DNA of 64,000 nucleotides from the NCBI GenBank assembly GCA_944383405.1, contig CALWPL010000002.1, positions 67,358 to 131,357 on the forward strand, read 5' to 3'. The first letter of the stretch is position 1. The number at the start of each line of letters is the position of its first letter. Shown here piece after piece: positions 1-8,960 of this stretch. The notes under the pieces are model-generated. The model was not told the origin of the DNA. It did not search any database and saw nothing but the letters and a program-made list of their open reading frames with translations. The position numbers and the translations under genes were made by a program. The DNA comes from an uncultured Clostridia bacterium. Its GTDB lineage: Bacteria; Bacillota; Clostridia; Christensenellales; UBA1242.

Positions 1-1
1 A

Positions 2-235
2 AAAATGCTTTCAAATTTATATGACGCTGATATTGCAAGTAAGGTTGCCATTGTTTATGGTGGAAGTATTAATGAAGAAAATATAAAAGACATTGCAAGG
101 CTAGATGATGTTGATGGAGTTTTAGTAGGTGGGGCATCTCTTGACCCAATGAGTTTTAGCAAAATAGTTTTAGCGTTTGATGACGAAGAAAGAACAAATG
201 ATAAGAAAACTAAAAAAAGGGTATTGAAAAAGTAA
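2..235 (+). CDS. tpiA: Triosephosphate isomerase, C-terminal fragment (gene begins upstream of the window)
   Basis: The frame is open from the window edge. The translation [35 protein letters not shown] carries the conserved TIM C-terminal YGGS and LVGGASL motifs. TAA stop at 233-235. Confidence 0.85.
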   Translation, partial: KMLSNLYDADIASKVAIVYGGSINEENIKDIARLDDVDGVLVGGASLDPMSFSKIVLAFDDEERTNDKKTKKRVLKK

Positions 236-278
236 ATTTCTTAGTGTATAATACTTAGTGCTAGGAGAGTAAAAAGAA

Positions 279-485
279 ATGGGAACATTAAGAAGTATAT
301 TTTCATTTATTAGAAATAATTTTTTTTATGATTTTAGGTCTTCTGTTATAACTATTAGCGTTTTGTGTGTAATAATATTTATGTCAAAGATGTTGAAAGA
401 TAAGGGTTCTTCTCCTATTACTAGTCTAAAATATCTTGCTGGGACTGCGACATCTTTTTCAATATTTTTGCTTATGTATTATTAA
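279..485 (+). CDS. Small hydrophobic hypothetical protein (68 aa)
   Basis: ATG preceded by an AGGAGA Shine-Dalgarno. Two hydrophobic stretches. I recognise no family. Confidence 0.35.
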   Translation: MGTLRSIFSFIRNNFFYDFRSSVITISVLCVIIFMSKMLKDKGSSPITSLKYLAGTATSFSIFLLMYY

Positions 486-626
486 TTTGTTTGATTTTTT
501 TAAAAAAGCATGATATTATAAAAAAGTTAGTTGTTTTAATTGATTTAAAATTAAAATCAATAGATACAAAAGATTTATAAAACATTTTTGTATTATAAAT
601 GATTTATTATATTTAAGGAGTAGTTT

Positions 627-923
627 ATGGATGTACCTCTTTGGGTGGCAAATTCGTTCCCAATTATCAAATTTGTATTACTTTGTTTAATAATTTTGTG
701 TTGTTTAGGGCTTATAGTCGTTGTTTTAATGCAACAGAGTGAAGGCGGAGATACAACAAATTCTATTACAGGGATAAAAGACACATATTATTCTAAAAAC
801 ATGGGACTTAATAGAGATGTTAGGCTTAAAAGAGCAACTATTGTTTTATCAGTTTTAATCGCTGTAATGGTTCTTGCTTATGTTATTCTTGCTAGAATTT
901 TTAGTGGTAATATTTGGTCATAA
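627..923 (+). CDS. secG: Preprotein translocase subunit SecG (probable)
   Basis: 98-aa two-TM protein with SD AAGGAG. The loop after TM1, VLMQQSEGGD, resembles the SecG LLQxGKGxG loop. Its position between tpiA and rnr-smpB-ssrA matches Bacillus synteny. Confidence 0.7.
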   Translation: MDVPLWVANSFPIIKFVLLCLIILCCLGLIVVVLMQQSEGGDTTNSITGIKDTYYSKNMGLNRDVRLKRATIVLSVLIAVMVLAYVILARIFSGNIWS

Positions 924-930
924 TTAAAAG

Positions 931-962
931 AAGTGTTTTGACATGTCAAGGCACTTTTTTAT
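931..962 (+). terminator. Rho-independent terminator after secG
   Basis: The hairpin aagtgttttgaca/tgtcaaggcactt has an 11-bp stem including 2 G-U pairs and a 4-nt loop. A T-run follows. Confidence 0.7.
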
Positions 963-1388
963 TTATAAAAATTGTTTAGTTGGAAAATTTTAAAACTAGA
1001 AAAATTAAAGGGATACAATTTTTTTAAATAGCAAATTCATTTTTATTAATTTTAAAAACAAGCACACATACTTTTTGAAGCAAACAATGATATATTTTAT
1101 CATTGTTTTTTATTGTTTATTTCAAATAAAACTAAGGTTAATATGCTTTGATGCTAGCAAAATAAAAAGGGAGTTATGTTTTTTAAATAAAACTCCCTTT
1201 TAAATAGTTTGAAAAATTGTAGACCAAAGCAGGATTTTACCTAATATTAAATTTACAGTTGTGTTTAATATGCTTTTTAATCATTTTAAATCAATAGTTT
1301 TAAAAAGTTTTATTTAATTTGAATTATTAATAAGCATTAAAATTAATTTTTAAAGTTTTTAGGTGCTAAGAATAACAACTGTGAATAA

Positions 1389-1417
1389 TTGACATATAGG
1401 TATAAAAAAGATAAAAT
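1389..1417 (+). promoter_or_regulatory. Sigma-A type promoter of rnr (TTGACA-17-TAAAAT)
   Basis: TTGACA at 1389-1394, a 17-bp spacer, and TAAAAT at 1412-1417. The rnr ATG (1424) lies 7 nt after the -10 element and no SD is present. Confidence 0.5.
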
Positions 1418-1423
1418 AAACTT

Positions 1424-3529
1424 ATGAATGAGTTAAAAGATAAAGTTTTAGAAATACTTAATACAAGATATATTAGTCATAAGGGATTATCAAAACTTGC
1501 GGATATTGTAGCAAAGATGCTTAGAGTTTCTACAAATGATGTTTTTGTTTGTTTAAATGACCTTATTAAAAGTGGAGATGTTTTTGAGTTTGCCAAAAAC
1601 AAGTTTGCAGGATGTAAGTTGCTTGGTTTGGTTAAGGGAAAGTTTGTAAATTCTACTTCTCATTTTGGCTTTGTATTAAATGAAGCAGGGGATATTTATA
1701 TATCAAAAAAGAATATTCATGGGGCGTTTGACGGAGATGTCGTTCTTGCTAAAATTACTGGTCAAGCGTATAAAGAGAAAAAGAGAGAAGGTAAGATTTT
1801 AAAGATTTTATCTCGTGATAATGACAGGCTAGTAGGTACTTTTAGGGAAATTAAGGGATATGGGTATGTGTCTCTTGACAGAAAAAATATTGAAGTTAGG
1901 GTTGAAAAGAAAGATAGTTTAAATGCAAAGGATGAAGATAAGGTTGTAATTGACATAACGGGCTATAAATCAGGTAATCCAGTTGGGAGAGTAGTTGAAG
2001 TTATTGGCAATCTTAAAGACAAGGGTAATGACATTAAATGGCTTCTTAGGCAATATAAGGTTAGAGATGTTTTTCCACAAGAAGTATTACTTGAAGCAAA
2101 AAAAGTGCCACAGGTTATTGATAAAGATAGATACAAATCTAGGCGAGATTTAACTGACGAAATGTTATTTACGATTGATGGGGCTGACGCAAAAGATTTA
2201 GACGATGCGGTATCTTTAACAAAAAATAATGACGGGACATATCTTCTAGGTGTTCATATTGCGGATGTTGGCGAATATGTTAGGTTAGACAGTATAATTG
2301 ATAAGGAAGCATTTACTCGTGGGACTAGCATATATTTTTTGGACCAAGTTATACCTATGCTCCCAAAAGAGTTGTCTAATGGAATTTGCTCGCTTAATCC
2401 AAATGTTGAGCGGCTTGCACTAAGTGTTGAAATGAAAATAGATAAAAATGGGGAAGTGCTTGATAGTAAGATTTTTGAAAGTATAATAAAGAGTAAACAC
2501 AGGTTAAACTATGATGAAGTTTTAAAACTAATTGAAGGAGATAAGGAAACAAGAAAAAGGCTTAGCGATATAACTCAAACATTGCTTGATATGTATGAAT
2601 TATCTCAAATTTTAGATAATAGAAGGCAAAAGTATGGAGCATTAAACTTTGAATTGCCAGAAGGCGAAATTGTTTTAGATAGTAATAATCATGCTATTGA
2701 TGTTGTAAAGAGAGTTGCAACAAAGTCGACAAAGATAATTGAAACCTTTATGGTGGTTGCAAATGAAACGATTGCAAAGACATTTGACAATCTCAAAATT
2801 CCTTTTGTTTATCGTGTACATGAAAAGCCAGATAGTGAAAAAATAGCAACATTTTTTAATTTTATAGATACTCTTGGACTTAAAATTCCACAGGGGGCAA
2901 GAAAGGAAATTGAGCCAAAAGACTTGCAGGGTATTTTAGTTCAAGTTGAAAATCAAAGCATTGAAAGTGTTGTAAACATGGTAATGCTAAGAAGTCTTAA
3001 AAAAGCAAAATACATGGATAAGTGCCTTGGGCATTTTGGAATGGCACTTAATTACTATTGTCATTTTACATCTCCTATTAGAAGATATCCTGATTTAACT
3101 ATTCATAGAATAATTAAAGAGTATTTGCATGGGAATAATAGTTTTATAAAGTCAAATGTGATGAGCGAATTTGTAGTTAAATCTAGTGAAAAGTCTAGCG
3201 AACAAGAAAGGCTTGCAGAAGATGTTGAAAGGGCAATTACAGACTACAAAAAGTGCGAATATATGGCAAAATTCATTGGAAAAACTTTTGAAGGAATTAT
3301 TAGTAGTGTAACTCAAAGGGGCTTTTATGTTGAACTTGACAATACTTGTGAGGGGCTTGTTGGAATTTCGACATTGAAAGATGATTTCTATGATTTTGAT
3401 GAAGAAAGAATGTGTCTTGTTAGTAAAAACAATATTTATAGGATTGGAGAAAAAGTAGAAGTAAAAGTAATTGACACAAATCCACAAGAAAGAAAAATTA
3501 ATTTTGAACTTGTAAGAAAAATAAGGTAA
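1424..3529 (+). CDS. rnr: Ribonuclease R (RNB-family 3'-5' exoribonuclease with C-terminal S1 domain)
   Basis: 701 aa. RNB-domain motifs FTIDGADAKDLDDAVS and HFTSPIRRYPDL are present. The C-terminal S1-like segment reads FEGIISSVTQRGFYVELD. Synteny with smpB/ssrA supports the call. Confidence 0.95.
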   Translation: MNELKDKVLEILNTRYISHKGLSKLADIVAKMLRVSTNDVFVCLNDLIKSGDVFEFAKNKFAGCKLLGLVKGKFVNSTSHFGFVLNEAGDIYISKKNIHGAFDGDVVLAKITGQAYKEKKREGKILKILSRDNDRLVGTFREIKGYGYVSLDRKNIEVRVEKKDSLNAKDEDKVVIDITGYKSGNPVGRVVEVIGNLKDKGNDIKWLLRQYKVRDVFPQEVLLEAKKVPQVIDKDRYKSRRDLTDEMLFTIDGADAKDLDDAVSLTKNNDGTYLLGVHIADVGEYVRLDSIIDKEAFTRGTSIYFLDQVIPMLPKELSNGICSLNPNVERLALSVEMKIDKNGEVLDSKIFESIIKSKHRLNYDEVLKLIEGDKETRKRLSDITQTLLDMYELSQILDNRRQKYGALNFELPEGEIVLDSNNHAIDVVKRVATKSTKIIETFMVVANETIAKTFDNLKIPFVYRVHEKPDSEKIATFFNFIDTLGLKIPQGARKEIEPKDLQGILVQVENQSIESVVNMVMLRSLKKAKYMDKCLGHFGMALNYYCHFTSPIRRYPDLTIHRIIKEYLHGNNSFIKSNVMSEFVVKSSEKSSEQERLAEDVERAITDYKKCEYMAKFIGKTFEGIISSVTQRGFYVELDNTCEGLVGISTLKDDFYDFDEERMCLVSKNNIYRIGEKVEVKVIDTNPQERKINFELVRKIR

Positions 3530-3539
3530 GTAACTTTTT

Positions 3540-4448
3540 ATGAGTATAAACAAATGGATAAAAAATAACACAAGAGATTTAACTGGGAAAACTATTGTAA
3601 TAACGGGTGGAACTGGTGGGCTTGGAAGTCAAGCGGTTAAAATTCTTGCAGGACTTAACGCAAATATTGTGTTAACTGATAGAAACTTAGTTAAGGCGGA
3701 AAGTTTAAAACGAGAAATATTAAATATAAATAAAAATATAATTATTTCACATATTCCAATAGATTTATGTGATTATAAAAGTTTAGTTGAAGGAATAAAA
3801 AAACTAAAACTATTGCAATCTATTGACGCATTAATTCTCAATGCGGGGGTTTATTATAAAACTTTAAATAATAATATAAATGAGTATAATGATATTTTTA
3901 AAACAAACTTTATTTCACAGTTTTATCTAACACGAAGTCTTCTTGATATGCTTAAAAATTCTAAATTAGCAAGAGTTGTTTATGTGGGTAGTATTTCATA
4001 CAAGTTTGCAAAATTAAATAAATTAGATATTGATTATTCGAAGTGCAAAAAACAAAATAAGATTTATGGAAATTCAAAAAGGTTTTTGATGTGTGCTTTA
4101 ACTGAGTTATTTAAAGGAGAAAATAAAGTTAGTTTAAGCATTGTTCATCCAGGGGTAACTTTGACAAATATTACAAGACACTATCCCAAAATGCTTCTGG
4201 CAATTATAAAAATTCCAATGAAAATAGTTTTTAACTCTCCTAGAAAGTCATCGTTATCTATTATTAAAGGACTATTTGAAAAATTAAATTCTAATGAGTG
4301 GATAGGGCCTAGAAATTTTGATATTTGGGGATATCCAAAAACAAAGAAAATAAAACAGTTACTAGACTCAGAATGTGAGTTTGCATATAATAAGGGAATT
4401 GAGATTTGCAATAAAATAGATGAGCAAATAAAAGAAATTAACAAATAA
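3540..4448 (+). CDS. Short-chain dehydrogenase/reductase (SDR) family oxidoreductase
   Basis: It has the TGGTGGLG Rossmann motif, the NAG motif (LILNAGV) and the YxxxK catalytic motif (YGNSK). Confidence 0.85.
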   Translation: MSINKWIKNNTRDLTGKTIVITGGTGGLGSQAVKILAGLNANIVLTDRNLVKAESLKREILNINKNIIISHIPIDLCDYKSLVEGIKKLKLLQSIDALILNAGVYYKTLNNNINEYNDIFKTNFISQFYLTRSLLDMLKNSKLARVVYVGSISYKFAKLNKLDIDYSKCKKQNKIYGNSKRFLMCALTELFKGENKVSLSIVHPGVTLTNITRHYPKMLLAIIKIPMKIVFNSPRKSSLSIIKGLFEKLNSNEWIGPRNFDIWGYPKTKKIKQLLDSECEFAYNKGIEICNKIDEQIKEINK

Positions 4449-4610
4449 TATTAAAAAAGAAATTTAACATATAAATATTAAATAAAAATAAGCCAAGTAT
4501 TACACTTGGCTTAAAATTTTTTGTCTAGTTATAAAAATATTTAATTTTTTACTAAGAAGGTAATAATATGATAACTTTGAAATGTAATAAAAATAAAATT
4601 AAAACAACTT

Positions 4611-4729
4611 TGTAATAAAAGAAATTAAAATAATTTCATTAGTTGGCATGTTGCTCCTGCAAGTCTTGTAATAAAAGAAATTAAAATTTAAACAATTTCA
4701 TTAGTTGATATGCTGGACCTGCAAGCCTT
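4611..4729. repeat. Degenerate tandem duplication (about 56 + 63 bp) of the 3' end of the GT2 gene
   Basis: The stretch tgtaataaaagaaattaaaa...tttcattagttgRcatgYtgSNcctgcaagYct occurs twice in tandem, at 4611-4666 and 4667-4729. The second copy contains the real stop and last codons of the minus-strand GT2 gene. Confidence 0.8.
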
Positions 4730-5643
4730 CTAAATAAGTTAAAAATTTTCTTATTCTTTTTAAAATCAGGGTATGTTTCTTTTAGGGTTTTTAATACATC
4801 ATCATGAACTTCTTTATTATCAATTTTAAAGTGCTTAAAAGCAAATAGAATTTCTATATTAACTAAAAATTGCCATGCTCTTGAATATGAAAGTACTTTT
4901 GGGGAAATATTTTTTGCAATTTCGTTGTTGTCTTTCATGACTTTAAGTCCACTAAATCTTTTTTCAGAAAAATGCTTTTGAGAAGTCATACTACTTGCAT
5001 TTACAATATAAAGATAGGTAACAAGGTCAGAGTAGTAGAACTTTTCGCACTTTATTGCGTATTGTAAAACAAAATTAATATCTTCATGGTATTTGTATTC
5101 TGGGTTAAATTTAATTCCTTTTATCAACTCTTTTTTATAAATTTTATTCCATAATAGTCCGCCACCATATAGGGGATAGGCAAATAGACCCTTTAAAAAT
5201 TCGTCTTTATTAAGTTGCTTACCTTTTGCTCTTTTATAAAGATATTTATTTTGATATTTTGTATAATCTTTTTGTGGTTTAATTCTTTTAAAGTTAACTA
5301 TGCCAAGGTCAGCAAAGTCCATAGTTTTTACTAAGTTTTCAATATGATTTGGAAGAACATAGTCGTCAGCGTCAATAAAAGTTACATATTCGCCGCTTAT
5401 ATTGTCAAGCCCAGTATTTCTAGCCCCAGCAGCACCAGAGTTTTCTTGATTTATGACTTTAACTCGCTTGTCCTTTTCCATAAATTGACGGCAAACTTCT
5501 AAACTATTATCTTTTGAGCCGTCATTAATTATTATTAATTCAAAATTTTTATATGTTTGATTTAAAATACTTTCTATACAAGTTCCTACAACATTTTGTG
5601 CGTTGTAAACAGGCATAATAATAGAAACTAATTTATTTTGCAT
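4681..5643 (-). CDS. Family 2 glycosyltransferase
   Basis: The N-terminus IIMPVYNAQNVVGTCIESILNQTYKNFELIIINDGSKDNS and the DxD motif (FIDADDYV) are typical of GT2. Confidence 0.9.
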   Translation of the reverse strand: MQNKLVSIIMPVYNAQNVVGTCIESILNQTYKNFELIIINDGSKDNSLEVCRQFMEKDKRVKVINQENSGAAGARNTGLDNISGEYVTFIDADDYVLPNHIENLVKTMDFADLGIVNFKRIKPQKDYTKYQNKYLYKRAKGKQLNKDEFLKGLFAYPLYGGGLLWNKIYKKELIKGIKFNPEYKYHEDINFVLQYAIKCEKFYYSDLVTYLYIVNASSMTSQKHFSEKRFSGLKVMKDNNEIAKNISPKVLSYSRAWQFLVNIEILFAFKHFKIDNKEVHDDVLKTLKETYPDFKKNKKIFNLFRRLAGPAYQLMKLFKF

Positions 5644-5644
5644 A

Positions 5645-6820
5645 TTATTTTATCCTTGTTTTATAAGTTTTTATTGTTTCTTTATAGAAATTTTCATAGT
5701 CCAAACATACATTATCCCAGTCTTTTGGTATGCTTTGATACGCATTTTGTGAAATAGTACTTAATAATTCTTTATTATTCATTAATTCATATATTTTATC
5801 TGCGCAAAGGGAAGGGTCGTTTTCACATATAAAACCATTGTAATTATTTGTTATTCTTTCACAACTCGCCATATCTTTAAGAACTAGACTTGGGGTTTTA
5901 TTTAGGGCTGATTCAACTATAACAAGTCCATCACTATCTGAATAAGATGTAAAGAAAAATAAATTTGACGAAAAGTATAGAGAGTATAGTTCTTTTTGAG
6001 AACTGATAAAGCCTGTGAAAATTACATTTTCCTGTAAATTATTATTTTTTACATACTCTTGCAATTTGTCTTTTTGTTCGCCATCTCCTGCAAGTAAAAA
6101 TTTAAACTTATTTGTTTTTTGTTTGAGTATTTTTAGAGTTTTAAGTTGGAACATAATATTTTTTCTTTCTTGCAAATATCCGCTATACATAATAACAAAG
6201 TCGTCATTTTCTATATTAAATTTTGCTTTATTTTCAACAACTATTTTATTATCAAAGTTATAATCTTTTATTTCAATTCCGTTTCGAATTACTTGAATTG
6301 GAACTGTAATACCTAGATTTTCGGCGGTGGTTTTGGCAAGATTAGAAACTGCTATAACGCCATCGCATTTGTTTATTACTTTAACAACTCTTTTTAATGC
6401 GTAATTTATAAGTGGTTTAAACTTTAAACTTTTATAAACTAGTGGATAGATAGTATGAATTGTTGTTACAACTGGAATATTGTGTTTTCTTCTATACTTA
6501 AAGGCGTAATTTAATAATCCGTATTTTGTTTGGCAATGAATAATATCAGGATTATATTCTTTGAGTTTATTTTTAAAAGTTCTATCAGGAGTTGCAAGAT
6601 ATTCTTGTTTGCCAAATTTCAAACTTTTACATCATATAACTGGATAGGGAAGGTCGTTATCAGAGTAGTTTTTTAATGAGCCCTGTATTTTTGGACAGAA
6701 TAATTTAGCGTCAATTCTCTTTATATGTCTTTTCATACATTCGTGAATAACTCGCTCTCTCCCCCCCCCTATATAGGGAAGAAAGAGTCGCTAAACATCG
6801 CAAGTTTTATTTTATCCATT
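5645..6820 (-). pseudogene. GT4 (GT-B) glycosyltransferase with a disrupted N-terminus (frameshift plus in-frame TGA); only codons 5645-6622 are open
   Basis: The ATG at 6820-6818 reads MDKIKLAMFSDSFFPI and then hits a stop. The conserved GT4 N-terminus LPYIGGGRERVIHECMKR...DLPYPVI continues in the +1 frame. That frame then runs into TGA at 6634-6632, in frame with the 325-aa ORF. A G9 run lies inside the GGG codons. The C-terminal part has GT4 features (LLAGDGEQ..., SYSDSDGLVIVESA). Confidence 0.75.
6761..6769. repeat. Homopolymer C9 (G9 on the coding strand) inside the GT4 N-terminal region
   Basis: The sequence is ctctct-ccccccccc-tatata. It is the only long G/C homopolymer I noticed in this AT-rich window. 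Confidence 0.95.
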
Positions 6821-7972
6821 TTATTCTCCTTTATATAGTAAGTCTCCGATGTCTTTTGAAGCATTTGGTTTTCTAATTTTTGCAATTTGAATTTGCATTA
6901 AATCATATTTCTCTTTATCTTTAAAGAATTTATCTACTACTTGATATGCTTTATTTTCATTTGAAATATATTCGCACGCATTTCTTTCTCTTAAATAGAG
7001 CATATTATCGTATTCTTGGAAAGGAAGTTTTTTGTTTGCTATAAGTGGCAAGAATTTATTAAAGGCTTCTGCAATAGCGACGCCGCCAATTTTTCCTATT
7101 AAAACATCTGAGGCACTCATTATAACATCAACATTGTTTACAAAGCCAAAGATATAGATATCTTTTTTAATTTTTCCTTTTGCTTTTAGGGTTTCAAGTT
7201 CTTTTTTTAGTTTTTCGTTTCTTCCGCAAACGCAAACTATCTGGAAATCACTTTCACATTTATTTAGATTTAAGACAAGTTTTGCGATGTTGCCAAAGCC
7301 GACTCCGCCGCTCATCATCATAACTGTTTTTTTGTTTTCATCTATGCCGATTTCTTTTCTTGCTTCTTTTTTATCAATTACTTTTGAAAATTTTGTTTGA
7401 ACAGGGATACCAAGAATTCTACGCTTATTAATATCAAAGCCCTTGTCTATTAATACGCTATCAAAATCAGATGCTGGAGTTATAACATAATCTACGCCTG
7501 TTAAAAGTTCAGTGTAAGGGGCTACATCATAGTCTGATACAATAGTTACAACACGAGCACGCTTTGCATTTTCATTTCCGTCATTTCTAAGGTCAGTCAT
7601 GATAATTCCAGCAAAAGTGTGAGCACAGAAAACGGCGTCTGGTTTAAATTCATTTACAATTTCTTCAATATATGGTCTAGCAGGGGTAATAAAATTTTTT
7701 CTAAGAGTAGTTGCTGGTTTATGAATATCTCTCACTTTTAGTTTTTCAAACACACCATTTGCAAGTCCTATTGCGTGTTTTACAAGTGAAAAGTATCCGT
7801 CATTTACCATCCAATTTGCTTTTTTCTTTTTCTTTGACTTATCTCCGTCTTTAAATAAGTCAACTTGCTTAATTTCAATATCTGAGTATGTATCCTTTAA
7901 ATAATTTGTTATCGCACGGCTCATGGAATTATGACCTTCGCCAGCAGAAACTGTTAAAACTAATAATTTCAT
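6821..7972 (-). CDS. GT28 / MGDG-synthase family glycosyltransferase (UgtP-like diacylglycerol glycosyltransferase)
   Basis: 383 aa. The N-terminus LVLTVSAGEGHNSMSRAI and the C-terminal region SDVLIGKIGGVAIAEAFNKFLPLI are collinear with B. subtilis UgtP as I recall it. Its stop abuts the GT4 start, which suggests an operon. Confidence 0.75.
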   Translation of the reverse strand: MKLLVLTVSAGEGHNSMSRAITNYLKDTYSDIEIKQVDLFKDGDKSKKKKKANWMVNDGYFSLVKHAIGLANGVFEKLKVRDIHKPATTLRKNFITPARPYIEEIVNEFKPDAVFCAHTFAGIIMTDLRNDGNENAKRARVVTIVSDYDVAPYTELLTGVDYVITPASDFDSVLIDKGFDINKRRILGIPVQTKFSKVIDKKEARKEIGIDENKKTVMMMSGGVGFGNIAKLVLNLNKCESDFQIVCVCGRNEKLKKELETLKAKGKIKKDIYIFGFVNNVDVIMSASDVLIGKIGGVAIAEAFNKFLPLIANKKLPFQEYDNMLYLRERNACEYISNENKAYQVVDKFFKDKEKYDLMQIQIAKIRKPNASKDIGDLLYKGE

Positions 7973-8163
7973 ATTTTTATCTTCCTTTTTTTAATATATA
8001 ATCAATCTATAATATTTATTAAATAAAGTCAATTAATTGAGAAATTTAATGTAAATTTATACTACTAATTTGAATAATTTTAGGGAAAAATAATTTATCA
8101 AATTTTAGTGATTGCTTTTAAAAAAAATTTGTGGTAGACTTAATTTGTTGTGGAGTATAGGGA

Positions 8164-8604
8164 ATGAAAGTTGTTGCAACAAATAAATTTGCAAATTTTA
8201 ATTATTTTTTGTTAGAGACTTATGAAGCGGGAATAGTTTTGAAGGGGAGTGAGATTAAGTCTATAAGAAAAAACGGCATGACATTGACTGAAAGTTTTAT
8301 TCTAATTAAAGATAACAATGTGGTGCTAAAAAACTCTTTTGTCAAACCTTATCAAAATGTAAATGGGTTTTCTCCAAAGCCAGACAGGGATAGGGTTCTA
8401 CTTCTTAACAAGTCTGAAATTTTAAAGATTAGGCAAAAGGTAGAGCAAAAGGGGCTGACGGTTATTCCAGTTAAGGCGTACATTGAAAAAAACAGACTCA
8501 AAATTGAAATTGCGGTTGCAAAGGGTAAAAAACTCTACGACAAGAAAGAAGACAAGAAAGAAAAGGATATTGCTAGAACGCAAAGCCGACTTATGGGGGC
8601 GTAA
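8164..8604 (+). CDS. smpB: SsrA-binding protein SmpB
   Basis: 146 aa. The segment NKFANFNYFLLETYEAGIVLKGSEIKSIR is typical of SmpB. The gene sits directly upstream of tmRNA. Confidence 0.95.
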   Translation: MKVVATNKFANFNYFLLETYEAGIVLKGSEIKSIRKNGMTLTESFILIKDNNVVLKNSFVKPYQNVNGFSPKPDRDRVLLLNKSEILKIRQKVEQKGLTVIPVKAYIEKNRLKIEIAVAKGKKLYDKKEDKKEKDIARTQSRLMGA

Positions 8605-8960
8605 AGGTTTCGACAGGGCGGTTGAAGGAAATTTTAAGCGAGATGTAGTTTGATATTGGTCTACATTAAAAAACAATATCATTTTGCTAAGTGCAAACCA
8701 AAAAACAAATGCTAACATGGTAGCAGTTGCTGCCTAGTTTTAGCCGTTTGATAGACTGATCTTCTTGCAGTCATCTGTCAGGCGTCAGTTATGCAAGAGA
8801 ACTTTGTTCATTGTTTGGGGAACAATTTTACTAAATCAAACTCGTCTTTAAGTTTTTTGTTGGTTTAGAACATAAAGATTAAACTAAAAACTAACTGCTC
8901 TCGGAGAAAGGAATTTTCTTACCGTTTTGGACACGAGTTCGATTCTCGTCGCCTCCACCA
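8595..8960 (+). ncRNA. ssrA: tmRNA (SsrA), one-piece, 366 nt
   Basis: The 5' GGGGGCG pairs with the 3' CGCCUCC-ACCA, including the G3:U pair. The T-arm is ACGAG-TTCGATT-CTCGT. The 5' sequence GGGGGCGTAAAGGTTTCGACAGGG is canonical, and an internal tag reading frame ends in VAA-TAG. Confidence 0.95.
8693..8737 (+). other. tmRNA tag-peptide reading frame, predicted ANQKTNANMVAVAA + stop
   Basis: GCA AAC CAA AAA ACA AAT GCT AAC ATG GTA GCA GTT GCT GCC TAG. It has an Ala resume codon and a hydrophobic xVAA C-terminus typical of proteolysis tags. The exact resume codon was not verified. Confidence 0.6.

Noticed and set aside
960-1388. Possible small RNA genes in the 460-bp secG-rnr spacer, where two extra hairpins with T-runs lie at about 1082-1112 and 1166-1203
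   Set aside because: Only terminator-like hairpins are visible, with no associated promoter or conserved structure that I can support. In Bacillus a gene (yvaK) lies here, so this may be a deletion remnant.
6632-6634. Possibility that TGA encodes Trp (genetic code 4), suggested by the in-frame TGA in the GT4 gene and by the TGA-TAG tandem stops at 41436-41441
   Set aside because: Every long conserved gene in the window (rnr, nrdD, dnaK, pcrA, recA, rarA and others) is open in the standard code and uses TGG for Trp. A code-4 genome would show many in-frame TGAs. The GT4 gene also carries a frameshift, which fits a pseudogene or a sequencing error.
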